A stretch of 63,838 bases of DNA, the filler included, from Olpidium bornovanus S191 (lineage: Eukaryota > Fungi > Olpidiomycota), in assembly GCA_017911155.1 (NCBI GenBank). It is 33 parts of 33 records of this genome, joined end to end, with 100 filler letters (N's around TTAATTAATTAA, not from the genome) between each part and the next. Parts side by side here need not be neighbours in the genome. Positions count along the whole stretch, not along the records: positions 37,294 to 39,764 come from JAEFCI010006250.1; positions 39,865 to 40,996 come from JAEFCI010004834.1; positions 41,097 to 43,169 come from JAEFCI010009673.1; positions 43,270 to 45,932 come from JAEFCI010011940.1; positions 46,033 to 47,853 come from JAEFCI010006594.1; positions 47,954 to 49,653 come from JAEFCI010006692.1; 27 more parts are not named here. The stretch is one strand, 5' to 3'. The notes below the pieces were generated by a model, which was not told the DNA's origin, did no database searches, and worked only from the letters and a program-made list of their open reading frames with translations. A program made the position numbers and the translations under genes. Positions 37,566-49,248 of this stretch are shown piece after piece; the stretch's first letter is position 1, and each line of letters begins with the position of its first letter.

Positions 37566-39000
37566 TTGGACTCCCCGCCGCATTCGGCGGCCTGCGAACC
37601 CGCTTCCGCCCGCGTTTCGGCAGCGAGTGCTCCGACCGAAATCGCGCTTTCGGAGTCGCCGGGAGCGTCCGGAGTTTCCAGCGGGTACGCCTCGAGCGCC
37701 GAAGGGAGCAGCGCCGAGCGGAGGTTCACGCCGTGCGCGCTCGGCACGCCGGACGCCGCGGAAGCGGAAGAGGACTTCGGATCGCGCCATTTGGTGACGC
37801 AGAGCGTGGCGTCGCTTGTCATCGTAAAGTCGGTCGACGACGTCATCCCCGTGAAGGAAATCGGCGTCGGATGGTCCGAGGAAACCGCGACGGGTGCCTC
37901 GAAAGTCGAACGCGCGGTGATCGCACCGGAACCAAGGGAAGAAACCGGACAGGAGGCCGCGATGGCGACGCGCGCGATTGTTCAAATTTTGGAACCGGAA
38001 CAGCCGTCCGCGGCGACGCCGATCCCGGCGCCGGTCGCCGACGCGCGCGGCGCCGGCGAAAGCGACGAGCGGCTCCTGAAACCCGTGCCCCGCGTCGCGT
38101 CGCCGAAGGCAACGCCGGCCGAAGGCTCTCGGGCCGAGCAGCAGCAGCAGCCGCGGCGCGCGCCGCACCACTCCCGAGTGGCCGCGTTCCAGACCCCGCA
38201 GGCGCGCCGCAGCCTCGCCCACAACTCGATCATTCTCCGCTCCCTGTTCCAGTTTCAGCAGCAGCGGGCCGCGGGGAGGCCCGGGCGCGGCCTCCGGCGC
38301 CGCCACGCCTTCGATTTCCGCCAGCGCCACCACCGCTCGAGCGACCGCGGGAGCGACGGGGCGGCGGCGGAAGGCGCCGGCCGGGCGCTCTTCGTTTTGG
38401 CGTCAAACTCGCTCCCGGCGTCGCCGGCCTATTCGCCGCCGTCTTTGCCCGTGAAGACCATGTCTTGCCCTACAACTCCGCCGCCCACCCCGCGGTCCCG
38501 ATTTGCGACGGCGGCGCCGGGAGCTTCCCGCTTGCAGCCGCCCGGTCCCCGGCCGCGATCGCCCGGCGCGTCCGTCCGCAAGCCGGCGCCCGAGGGCGGC
38601 GGACCGCTGATCTCCCGGTGCTTTGTTTTTCCCGCGCGGACGCCCTCCGAAAAGAGCGCCGCCGAGAGGCCGGACGAGAAGATACCCGACTTGACAGCTG
38701 AGGAACCGGCGTCCGAGAGCCCCGGTCGGGGCTTTGCGGACTGGATTAGGAGGAAGTGGTGAGTTTTTGTTTTTGTCCCCCCCCGTTTGAAAAATCGGGT
38801 ACGACCATTTCTCTCTCTTTTTGGTTCCACGGGCTCGCCGGACTCCGTGTTTTTATGCTCCTTCCCGCGGGCCTCTTTGACTTTTCAGGACGCAGGCGAA
38901 CCTGGCCGTCAAGGTTGTCTCGGCTCTGGCCGTGTCGGTCGCCATTTTGGGACTGGGGCTCAAGTACGAACCGCTGACGAAACATTGTTTTTTCTACCGC
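37566..39000 (+). CDS. Hypothetical low-complexity protein with a C-terminal transmembrane helix
   Basis: About 400-codon A/S/P/E/R-rich exon ending at the GTGAGT donor at 38759. The TTTTCAG acceptor (exon from 38889) continues in frame as WTQANLAVKVVSALAVSVAILGLGLKYEP. The true start and stop are unresolved. Confidence 0.55.
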
Positions 39001-42000
39001 GTTCGGGGGGCGGTGGGTGGGGGGGGGGGGCGGGGGGCGGGGGGGGGGGGGGGGGGGGGGAAGCCCGCGGTTACGTTTTTCGCAAAAAAAGCTAACGCCG
39101 AGCCGCGTTTATTCCCACCCGGCTCGGGCAGAATCGGCGGCCGCCAACTGCGCGACGTTGTGCCCTTAGTCTTTTCGTGAACGCCCCCGGGAAGGGGGGG
39201 TTGGCGGTGGTCACATAACGCGTCACCTGAGACGGGTTTTTTTCCGGCCGAATGCCGGCGAAGCGGGAAAAATGTAACCCCCTGGGACTGTTTTTCCCTC
39301 GCAACAATGTCATTTGCAAGATCACATTTTCTCCTGTTCATAGTCCTATCATTTGTTTCGTTTTGTTTTCTTTTTTGTTTTTGCCCCGATTGCAAAATCG
39401 AAGGGGGGGTGGGGGGGAATGGGTCTCTTCCTTTTTTTTTTTTTTTTTTTTTTTTGTCCGTTCTATCGCCGGGGCCCTCCAAATTTTCTCGCCCTCACCC
39501 GCCCTTCCGCTCCACTCATGCAATTTTTTTTTTTCATGCCGTTGCTGAAAGCGTCCTTCCCCCCCTCCCTCCCCTCTTCTATACCCGCGGAACCTTTTTT
39601 TTTCTTTTTCCTTTTTTGTTTTTTGCTCACATCCGCGCCGCAGCCTTAAACCGCCACGCCACGCCTTTTTCTTGCTCTCATCGCTTCTCCTCCACCACCG
39701 CCCCCCATCTTCCCCCAGGTGCCAAAATCTCCAACTCGCAGTTTGTCCCTCCCCCCCCCACCCCNNNNNNNNNNNNNNNNNNNNNNNNNNNNNNNNNNNN
39801 NNNNNNNNTTAATTAATTAANNNNNNNNNNNNNNNNNNNNNNNNNNNNNNNNNNNNNNNNNNNNCATGCGCGTAGGGAAGAGGCCTCACCGCCGTCGGCG
39901 GCAGACAGATTTCCGAGGGAACCGTGCTACGGCGCAGGTTACGCGGAAAGCCGACCGGCTTACCCCACTTCCCCCCCCCCTCAACAGGTCGCGAAAAGAA
40001 AAAAACTGCCGCGTGGCTACCAAATAGTTGCGGTGGCGCTTACCTCAAAGGATTTTGTTGGGAAACCCTCCGAAGCGTCTGCCCAACCATCGCAGCGGAG
40101 ATTCTTTCCGACGGCTTCGGAACCCCGAAGTTTTTGTTCCGCTGGCAGCGGCCTGTGAGAGGTACGACGAGCATTTAGTGGGTCAAGGCGCCCCGCGGGG
40201 CAGGCGCGGCCCCCATTGGCGATAGACGCGTATTCGCAGCCCGAAATTAAACCCGCCGAATCGCCCATCTGCTTTGGGCCTGGAAAGGGAAAGGTGGGAA
40301 TTGCCCGAGTAAGGGTTCCGCGTAATATCCCCGTCAAAGTCCCTGCCGCAGGTTTACTATAGTCTGGAACACTCGATCAAAGTCGGGCGGCGTAACGGTC
40401 ACGGAAGTTGCCAAAACGGCAATTAGGCGGCCGAACCGAAAGATTGCTTACGTATACCCTTTTACGACTCCCAGCGGCCTGCACAAAGGATGTTTCAACT
40501 CGCACCGGATGTTTCAACTTGCGTCGACAATTAAAATATGTTTGCGGGTGTACATTTACGTAACTCATTCGTCATTTGCCGCACCAACAAACTCGGTTTG
40601 TTCTTTCGAACAAGCAATTGAACCGGCTGGATCTGCCCGAGACGCACAACGGTCGCATTTCTGACAAGGATTCACAGGCGTGTGGAGAGGAGAAGGGGAG
40701 GGGGGGGGGGGGTGGAAGTGGGGTGAAGCGGCGGGGTCGTGGCGTCAGTGTTGTATTGCGTGGACGGGGACGGCGCGCGCGCACGGCGGTCTCTGCATGC
40801 GGTCTTTCTCATTTGGGAACTTCTCCAGCGCTCAGTCCACACCTTTCATACGGCCTTCGTAAAGAACTCCGCAAAAGGACGTTCAATCCCCGTCGCCCCT
40901 CCCCACCTCACCCCCAGAAGAAATACGGGTCGAATGCGACGAGGGAGTGCCCTCCCCAAAAATCCTGGTAATGCGGCCAGTCAGTTTCTGTGCGGGNNNN
41001 NNNNNNNNNNNNNNNNNNNNNNNNNNNNNNNNNNNNNNNNTTAATTAATTAANNNNNNNNNNNNNNNNNNNNNNNNNNNNNNNNNNNNNNNNNNNNCCCC
41101 CCCCCCCCCCCCCCCACACACACACACGCGCGCGCGCGCGCGCGCCCACGCTCCCTCTCCCCTTCCTCCCCTTTCCAACCCTTCCCTCTCGCTTGCCCTC
41201 ATGGCTCTTCTTCCCCAGACGGCTTCGTCTGCATTCTCCTCGCGTTGACGGTCTACACTGTGGTGCTCTACGCTTCCCGGTAGTGCCGGAGATCTCGACG
41301 TGACGCCGCACGGGCGATCTGTGACGAGTCACGCCCTTTCCCAGCTTCCCTCGCACACGGGCGATCGGCGTGCTCAGTGGATGTCGGAAGGATCGGTTGC
41401 CGCGGCTTGGGCGGGCTTTTCGCCGGTGTCTCAGGAAGGGCCCGGACTTTTCGAACTCGCTCCTCAAGGAGGTAGAGAGTATTACGCGCGGTGGCGCTTG
41501 CCGTTCGAGAAAACAAGCAAATGATCTTTAGCGTGTAACGTAAATACACATCAGTCCGCAATTGCTGTAGCGTGTGCATTTCGGAGATGCCGCGTGCCAG
41601 AGGAAGAGAGAGAGAGAGAGAAAGAGAGAGCAGATGAGACGCCCGCTCGTCCGCTCGGACCAGAGAGCTTCTTCTTCTTCTTGTCGCTTGCGGAAAGCGC
41701 GCAGCGCAGGTCAAAAATAGACCTGGCGCGCCAGTCTCTCGGCAGTCCGCTCCCAGGCCGACCGCGCGATGCCTTCCCCGCCGCCCCATCTCGCCGCTCC
41801 GCCCCGCACCCGCGCCAAACGACGGTGAGGGGCGCCACCGCGCGTTTCTGCAGTCACGTGACCGGAAATTTGAGGGTGACATTTCTTCATGCATCGAGAG
41901 CTCCCAAAACGTCTCCAAGATCGCTGCGTTGAAAGTGGACGGCGATTCCGAGGGAGGAAATTTTTTTTTTTTTTTTTTTTCCGCCAGCATAGAAGGCGTG

Positions 42001-42136
42001 GTTCCGGCTGTTTCCGCCCTGCGCGCGCGACCCGGCGCAGCCCCGAGCGGATACACCGTCGACCAGGCGTCCTCCGCCCGCGTCCGGCACCGTCCCACAG
42101 GTCCTAGCCGAAGCCAGCGGCGGCGACCGCCTTTTT

Positions 42137-42970
42137 TTGCCGCCGCCGCCGGTCTCGTCGTCTTTCGCGCACGCCGCCCCGCGGGGCGCTCGCCACCGGG
42201 AAACGGCGCCGTCCCGCCGCCCTTACGCGCCCGCGGCCGCGTCGGAAGACGTCTTCCTGACGCCGCCGGTCGACCCGAGGACTTTGGAAGCCGTGCCCGG
42301 CCGGCCGTCTCCGCCGGCGCCGGCGCCGCCGGTGCGGCCCTCGGCCCGGGCGGCGGTCGAGGCGACGCCGTCCGCGTCGTGCCGCCGCCGGAAGCCGACG
42401 GTGGAGCCCGAGCCCGTCGCACTGCCGGCGCCGCCGCCCCGCGGCTTCCCGTCGTTTCCCTGCGAAGACTGCGGCGGCAAGCTGTTCCGGTCGGCGCGGG
42501 AGCTGAAGCGCCACCGCCTGGCCGACCACGACGAGAGGGCGCGCCGCTGGGTGTGCGACGGCTGCCGGAGGTGGTATTCGCGGCCCTACGACCTGGAGAG
42601 GCACCTCGCGTCGCCCCCGGCCTGCGCGTCGTTGTACCCCTCCGCCGCCCTCGCGAGGCCGCTCGAGGGGGCCGGTGACGGAAAGACTGGGAAGCCCAGG
42701 TGCAAGGAGTGCGGAGTGTGGTTCAACAGGCCCGACAGCGCCACGCGGCACGTCAAGCGCACCCACGGCCTCGGCCCCGACGGGTGGGAGATGATCGAGG
42801 AAAACGAGGGCGGAGAATCTGGGGGGCAGGAGGAGGAGGAGGAGGACGCGCTGGTAGACGGCGGGCGGCGAAGAAGCGAGGAGGTGGCAGAGGCGGTGGT
42901 GGACGACGGGCTTGGAAGCAGCGAGGAGGAGGAGGAGGAAACGTTGCGAGACGAGGCCGAATCCGAGTAA
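42137..42970 (+). CDS. C2H2 zinc-finger protein (three fingers, acidic tail)
   Basis: FPCEDCGGKLFRSARELKRHRLADH; WVCDGCRRWYSRPYDLERHLASPPAC; PRCKECGVWFNRPDSATRHVKRTH. Start codon uncertain. Confidence 0.85.
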   Translation: MPPPPVSSSFAHAAPRGARHRETAPSRRPYAPAAASEDVFLTPPVDPRTLEAVPGRPSPPAPAPPVRPSARAAVEATPSASCRRRKPTVEPEPVALPAPPPRGFPSFPCEDCGGKLFRSARELKRHRLADHDERARRWVCDGCRRWYSRPYDLERHLASPPACASLYPSAALARPLEGAGDGKTGKPRCKECGVWFNRPDSATRHVKRTHGLGPDGWEMIEENEGGESGGQEEEEEDALVDGGRRRSEEVAEAVVDDGLGSSEEEEEETLRDEAESE

Positions 42971-43269
42971 GGAACGAATCGACGGCGGGGTGGGGGAAAG
43001 GGGGGTGGGGGGGTGATCTGGTAATCCCTACTCCCCCCCCCCTTTCCACCAATGCTGTCGGCGTCTTTTCGTTCCGGAAATGAAGCGCACCGCCGCCGGT
43101 TTTTTTTTTTTTTTTTTGTCCGGCGCGCTTTCGTAAACGACCTGCTCTCTGGTTCAAGAACCGCGCGTCNNNNNNNNNNNNNNNNNNNNNNNNNNNNNNN
43201 NNNNNNNNNNNNNTTAATTAATTAANNNNNNNNNNNNNNNNNNNNNNNNNNNNNNNNNNNNNNNNNNNN

Positions 43270-44810
43270 AGCGGGTGAATCGCCGGCCCCAGTTGCGCGG
43301 CCGGCGACATTCGTGGACGCACCCGGCGTCACTCCGCACACCAGACCAATGCATCTGGTACGATGAACGCGGGCATCGACGAGCGACATGCAAGAATTGT
43401 GCAGCCACAAAGGCCGATGAACTTGTTCGCGTAATCAATGGTTGCGTTTTGCCGCCCCCGACGGGTCGGTGCTGAGGACCAGGTTTGGTCAGTGCAGGAT
43501 TCGGCGCACCGTCATGGAGAGAATGGGCCGCACGCCAGCACCGATTTCGGGGAACGTACGCCTCAGCGCGATCAGACTGACCGGATCATCGTCGAGATTA
43601 GACGAATCGTCGTGGAAGGGACCCGACACAGTAACATCGAGGTGGGGCGCACCGTAGCACAAGGCGACGGCCCTGGAATTGCACATGGCCCCGTTAGAGA
43701 ATTTACGCGAGATGTGTCCTCGGGTAGAGGCTGACTGTCACGCCACTGAGGCCCGTCATGTCACTTCAGTCGATGAGAAACGAGTACGCGGAACGTCACC
43801 GGCGGAGCCGGAACCCGGCGAGGGTGCTCGGCGGGGAGATCCCAGGTGGTTAAACCGACTCACCGCCGTCGCGCCGATACCGGAGGAACTCCGGTTGTCC
43901 GGGTTAACCTGGGGGGGGATCCCAGCTCCCGGCGCCAATGACACGGCCGCCGCCTGAACAAGCAGACGGGGCAAAGACCGAGAAGAGAAACGCGAACGAG
44001 AACTACGAGCAAAAAATCGTGAGCGAGGTACAGGGAGATTTCGATCCCCAGAAGTTCGTCGAGAGCACGGTTCTGGAAGTCCCAATCATCCTGTCGTTAC
44101 GGCAATTACTTGCCGGCTGCCAGGCTGGAAGAACTGGGGTGCAGAGAAACTGCTCGGGGCGGTGCGACGGAAGCGGATGCCAGCGGGGGGGGGGGGGGGG
44201 GGGGGGGGGGGGGCGGGGGGGGGGGGGGGGGGGGGGGGCAAGTGAACTGGCACGAGTCGGTGGAAGATCAGGCTTGAAGTGATTCCGCCTCAGGGCCTGA
44301 TGAGGAACGAAGCGCGAGCCCACCTACCGCGAGTGCCCGAACGTATGTGGAGAGTGATGACAAACCGATCGAAAAAAATTCCCTGATCGCAGTGGTAGGG
44401 AAGACACGCCGACACAAGCACCGATCGCGACTGCACGCGTGCGTAAGATACATATCGACGAATGGCAACCGGTACCCGCACTCGGCGCGGAGCATGTGGC
44501 CGCCCGCGCCTGCTCTGGGCGCAATTTGCCGTCGGAAATAAAAATCCTCGTTCCGGGGGGTTGGGCCAGGAGGTCCAAGCCGTAATCGACTCAAGGTCAG
44601 AAGCCGAGGGGTTGTTGCTAGCGGGAAAAGCACGCCGGCAGATGGTGTTGCGTCCGGGGTGGACACTAAATACGGCGGGGAAGGGGGGAGACGGAACGAG
44701 ATTCTCAGTGCATGCCCTGACGTTCCACTAGTGATGTCTGACTTTTCGACGCGCAACCACGTGTTTCCCCAAAAATATCTCGGCTACTCTTTGATCCTGG
44801 GGCCGCGGGC
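43270..44810 (+). mobile_element. Degenerate Ty3/Gypsy-like gag-protease remnant
   Basis: Decayed Zn knuckle CIWYDERGHRRATC (43350); gag-like NYEQKIVSEVQGDFDPQKFVESTVLEVPIILSLRQLLA; retropepsin-like VQAVIDSRSE (about 44575-44602) and, after a frameshift, ACPDVPLVMSDF...HVFPQ...YSLILG. Multiple stops and frameshifts. Confidence 0.6.
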
Positions 44811-45084
44811 GTTATGCCGTGAATTCGCCGTCCCACACAATTCCTGTACAGACTTGACTGAGATCCTCCAAGTTCGCAAACGACGCGAAATATTGCCCGT
44901 TTTGCAAATCACGCGTATTTCCGAATTGTGCGGCATCAACAATAAAAGAAAGCAGGTATGCCGGCAGAGTCAAAAAAAAACAAAAAAGCGCACAACCGGC
45001 ACTCATCGAAGTCACGCGGCTCTTCGATACTCCTCAAGATAGAACGCGATCAACCGTACATCGAAATACAACCTTCTCGCGCTC

Positions 45085-45775
45085 CTGTCACATAAGATCT
45101 GATTCTGCATCCGAATCCGCGTCTGAATCTGCCTCGGATTCCGCCTCTGGATCGGCCGTGGATTTTTGCGTCTGGATCTGCGTCGGATTCTGCGCCGGAT
45201 TACTGCGCCTGAATCTGCGTCTGAATCTACATCAAATTCTGTGTAAAATTCTGCGTCTTGGATCTGCGTCAAATTCCGCCGCTGAATCTCAGTCGGATTG
45301 TGGGCCTGAGTTTAATTGCGTCTGAATCTGCGTCGGATTCTGCGCTTGAATCTGCGTCATGTTTTGCCTCCGAGCCTGCACCGGATTTTGCGTTTGGATC
45401 TCCGCCGGATTGTGCGTCGGATTCTGTCTCTGAACCTGTCTCATATTCTGCATCTGCATCTCCGTCGGATTCTGCGTCTGAATCTACGTCGGGTCTGTGT
45501 CATATTCTGCTTCTGATTCCGCGTCAAATTCCACACTGGAGTCTGCTTCGACTATCTTTCTGAACCTGCGTTGAGGTTCTGCTTCTGGATCGGCGTCAAA
45601 TCCTGCCTCTGAATCTTGCGTCCGACTCTTCGTCTGGATCTGCGTCGTATTCTGTGTCTTGAGTCTGCGTCGGATCCCGCGTCTGAATCTGCGCCGGGTT
45701 TCTGTGTCTGAAGTCTGCTTCAGATTTTTGTGTCGGAAGCTGCGTCAATGTTTTGCGACTGGATTTGTATCAGAT
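45085..45775. repeat. Hexamer-based degenerate minisatellite (TCTGCG/TCTGAA/TCGGAT units)
   Basis: Dozens of related hexamers. They read SASESASDSA on + or DADSDAESD on -, with frameshifts. Confidence 0.88.
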
Positions 45776-46032
45776 TCTCGAATAAATGGCAACGAGAAGA
45801 AGGGTTTGCTGGCCAAACAGGGCCCGGGAAAAGTGAAAAAAAATTCTCTCGGGGTAACGCCTGGCGCTGTCTCTGAGGGAGCGAAGCTTTACCCGATGTG
45901 TAGCAAATCTAGTTCCGTTGGGAGTTTGCATGNNNNNNNNNNNNNNNNNNNNNNNNNNNNNNNNNNNNNNNNNNNNTTAATTAATTAANNNNNNNNNNNN
46001 NNNNNNNNNNNNNNNNNNNNNNNNNNNNNNNN

Positions 46033-47508
46033 CATGGCTCTTACACCAGATCCCCATCCTGCTTCGCCGCAATAAGCTGCTCCGTGATCCTGCTCTTGGC
46101 AATCAGGGAATACAGGACGTTGAGGACGGAGTACGCGCTCCAGATCTGGCTGTCGCGCAGCAGAGCGATCTCGTCTTCGGTTTTGTTTTTCACGCGGCTT
46201 CGATACTGGCAGTATGATTGGAACTGGTAAATGAACTCGTCGATAATGTCCCAAAGCCACTGGTTTGGCAACTCGAGGGGAACAGGGCCGTCGGAGTCTG
46301 GCGTCGTAAAGCCAATTAGTTTCTACCGGGGATACGGTTTAGCTGTGAGACGGCTCGCGGCTTCTCTGCTCACTCAGAATATAGTTGAATAGATCGCAGT
46401 AATTTTCATAGGATCGCAGGCGGTGCTCCAGAGTTGGTTGCAGTTTTGAATAGATGTGGCGATAGTAGAGTTCACGGTACAGCGTCAGGAAGACGTGGTC
46501 TGCCGCGTGCACAAACAAACCGGTCAGGTTAGCTCTCGCTTTGCACGCATCCGTGACTGCGCGTAATTCTGTTTTGCGGCCGTTCGTACCGTGGTCGACC
46601 AACACCGCGATGACCTCTGGCTCAGGCCATGGCGCCCTCTGGTAGTACGTCTCAGTTAGGTTGTTAAAGGTGACCTCGTAGACATTGTGCAACTCGGACA
46701 CGGAGTTCTCGAGCACATTGCGGTGGAAGAACAGTATGAAGTTCCGGATGACGTCAGGCAACTCGGCCGCGGCAACAGCGTACTGCTGGAGAAGCTGCTG
46801 TTGTTGTTGCAAGAGAATGTAATCTGCCGGTTCGTTGGGAAACGGGGGACAACAAGCGCTTTGTCAACCGCGAGTGACGAAAAAAAAATGCACGGCGAGT
46901 CCTTCAGCCCGAAACTAAGAACCCCATTTGGGGCACCTCCAAACTCCCGGGTAATGTTTCAGCTTTCCGGCCCCTGACCGTTCCATCCGTTCGCTTGGCG
47001 CGACACCGAACGAGGGCTGTGGTTTCAAAAATGAAACGTTGTTCGGCAAGCCAGAATCCGGTCGGCAAGCCAGAATCCGGTCGCAAAGCGCGTGAAAACA
47101 TCCCTTCACATCGCAAGCTCATCCAGCGAAGAAGGCGAGCCTCACTCCACTAGAGTGAGGCGCGAGAAGGACGTCCGGGGGTCGTCTCCGCCGACTCGTG
47201 CATGCTGATGCGCCTTGCCATCTCCCCTCTCACCCGGCCGTAGTCTCCGAAAACGCCCACTCCGCCTTTTCTCCCTACCACCACGTCCGTCTTCTTCTCC
47301 TTGACTTGTGCGCCTGAAAGGGCGCCCGAGTTATCGGCTCCGCAAACCCTTTCCCGCTCGCGAGGGTCCCCTCTCGCCCCGGCGGAGACGCGTGCCTCCC
47401 CGCCAACGTCCAACCTTCCGTACCTTCGTCCTCCTCTTCCAGCTGGTCCGGAGCGTACTGCGGCGGCTGCTGCTGCTGCTGCGGCTCCCCAGGATACACG
47501 TCGGCCAT
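46033..47508 (-). CDS. eIF3L: Translation initiation factor 3 subunit L, 3'-truncated
   Basis: [12 protein letters not shown]; WPEPEVIA; [39 protein letters not shown]; [30 protein letters not shown]; [19 protein letters not shown]. Confidence 0.96.
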
Positions 47509-47953
47509 GTCCGAGTTGCGCGACTTTTGCGCGCCCGGGAAAGAAGGGAAGGCGCGGCCGGGCGGGGGCGGGGTGGCGCGGAGCCGCAATCTTTTTTTTT
47601 TTTTTTTTTTTTTTTTTCCTGGCCGCGCGCACACAACACAAAAGATTTTGCTCCGCCGCGCACCGCCTGTTTGACGGTGCGGCGACTCGGCGAACCTGAT
47701 TACCCGAGGGGAACGACGGTCTCACTAGCTTCCTTGGTGTGCGTTCCCACCGCACTGACACTGGCTGTATGCGTTTGCCACACAAAAAAGAGAAGGAAAA
47801 GGCGTTGTTGAACCGGTCAACAACGCCGCCCCACCGAGCTTCCCATCCACGAGNNNNNNNNNNNNNNNNNNNNNNNNNNNNNNNNNNNNNNNNNNNNTTA
47901 ATTAATTAANNNNNNNNNNNNNNNNNNNNNNNNNNNNNNNNNNNNNNNNNNNN

Positions 47954-49248
47954 CGACCGCCGCCCCCCCTGTGCAGCCCGCCCAAGAGCCCCCGTCGTCG
48001 ACTTTTTCGTCGGGATTGGGTAGGACACGGGCGGGCGCGTTGCTGTACTATCGGGTCACGTTGCCGGCGACATGATGAAATGCTGATATTCGGCTGAAAT
48101 TATGCCAGTCGTTGGTTCGGAGTACAACAACGCCGTCGCGAACATGGTGGAGATGGGGTTCCCGAGAGAACAGGTCATTAAGGCGATGCGTGCAAGTTTC
48201 AACAATCCAGATCGCGCAGTGGAATACCTGATGACGGTTGGTTTCGGAGCGCCTCGTGTCCTCTTTCCCGTTCGCAGACCAATATGGCATGCTAAAAACC
48301 TGCATGTCAGGGTATACCAGAGCATTTGGAGCGGGAGACTTACCCGGCGGCTTCGGCCACGGCACAAACCGCAGACAGCACCCGTGCGACACCTGATTCG
48401 GAAGGCGAAGCTCATAGTGCGGCCGCCGCGCCTTCCCCGAGCGGCCCGGTTAACCTCTTCGAGGCGGCGGCTCAGGCCGCACAGCAGCAGGAGCATGAGC
48501 AGAGAAGTCGTTCAAGTGCGATGGGTGGTGCCGGACAGGATATTTCCTTTCTGGCCAACCACCCGCAGTTTCAGCAGCTACGCGCTCTGGTCCGGTCTAA
48601 TCCGGCCTTGCTTGAGCCTCTGCTCCAGCAGTTGGGCCAAGCCAACCCGCAGCTTCTTGCCTTGATCAACCAGAACCAGCAGACTTTCATGCGGATGCTG
48701 CAGGACGACGTTGGCGCCGAAGGGGAAGAGGAAGTCCCTGGCGGCGGCGCGCAATACGTGAGCGTCACACCCGAGGAACGGGATGCACTCGAGCGGGTTA
48801 GTATTGCTTTATGCGCTGTGTGCCCTGGTCCTCAAAAGTGTGTGGGGATGAATGTTTTGGAAAATGGGCTGTCCGCTCAATTTTTCCACACACACACCCC
48901 CTCCCCTCCCGGCGGAAACATCAGTTGGAAGGCCTTGGGTTCGAGCGGAACCTAGTCCTCGAAGCGTTCCTCGCATGCGACAAGAACGAAGAACTTGCAG
49001 GCAAGCTTTGCATTAAAGGATGAGGGCACCGAGCGTGGACTGCGCGCATGCTGACACTAGACCTTTGCAAAAAAAACACTCTCTCTTGGAAATAGCGAAT
49101 TACCTTCTGAACAGTAAGTGTGAGAGGAAGGCGCGCGAGCCATCTTACGGTTCCAGATCGCATTGTCCCTCGTCTGTCACCGGCACTCTAACGCGCATCG
49201 CTTTTTCGCGATCGATTTAAAGTGAACTTTGAGGACGACGACCAGTGA
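47954..49248 (+). CDS. RAD23: UV excision repair protein Rad23, 5'-truncated
   Basis: UBA1 [35 protein letters not shown]; XPC-binding FLANHPQFQQLRALVRSNPALLEPLLQQLGQANPQL; UBA2 [29 protein letters not shown]; ends FEDDDQ*. Confidence 0.97.

Noticed and set aside
37425-38701. Long overlapping or antisense ORFs rich in R/A/P/G (here and at 41268-42766, 60970-61730 and many others)
   Set aside because: Shadow ORFs caused by high GC and codon bias of the real gene on another frame or strand.
47043-47080. Exact 19-bp tandem duplication in an eIF3L intron
   Set aside because: An ordinary slippage-type duplication with no evident function.
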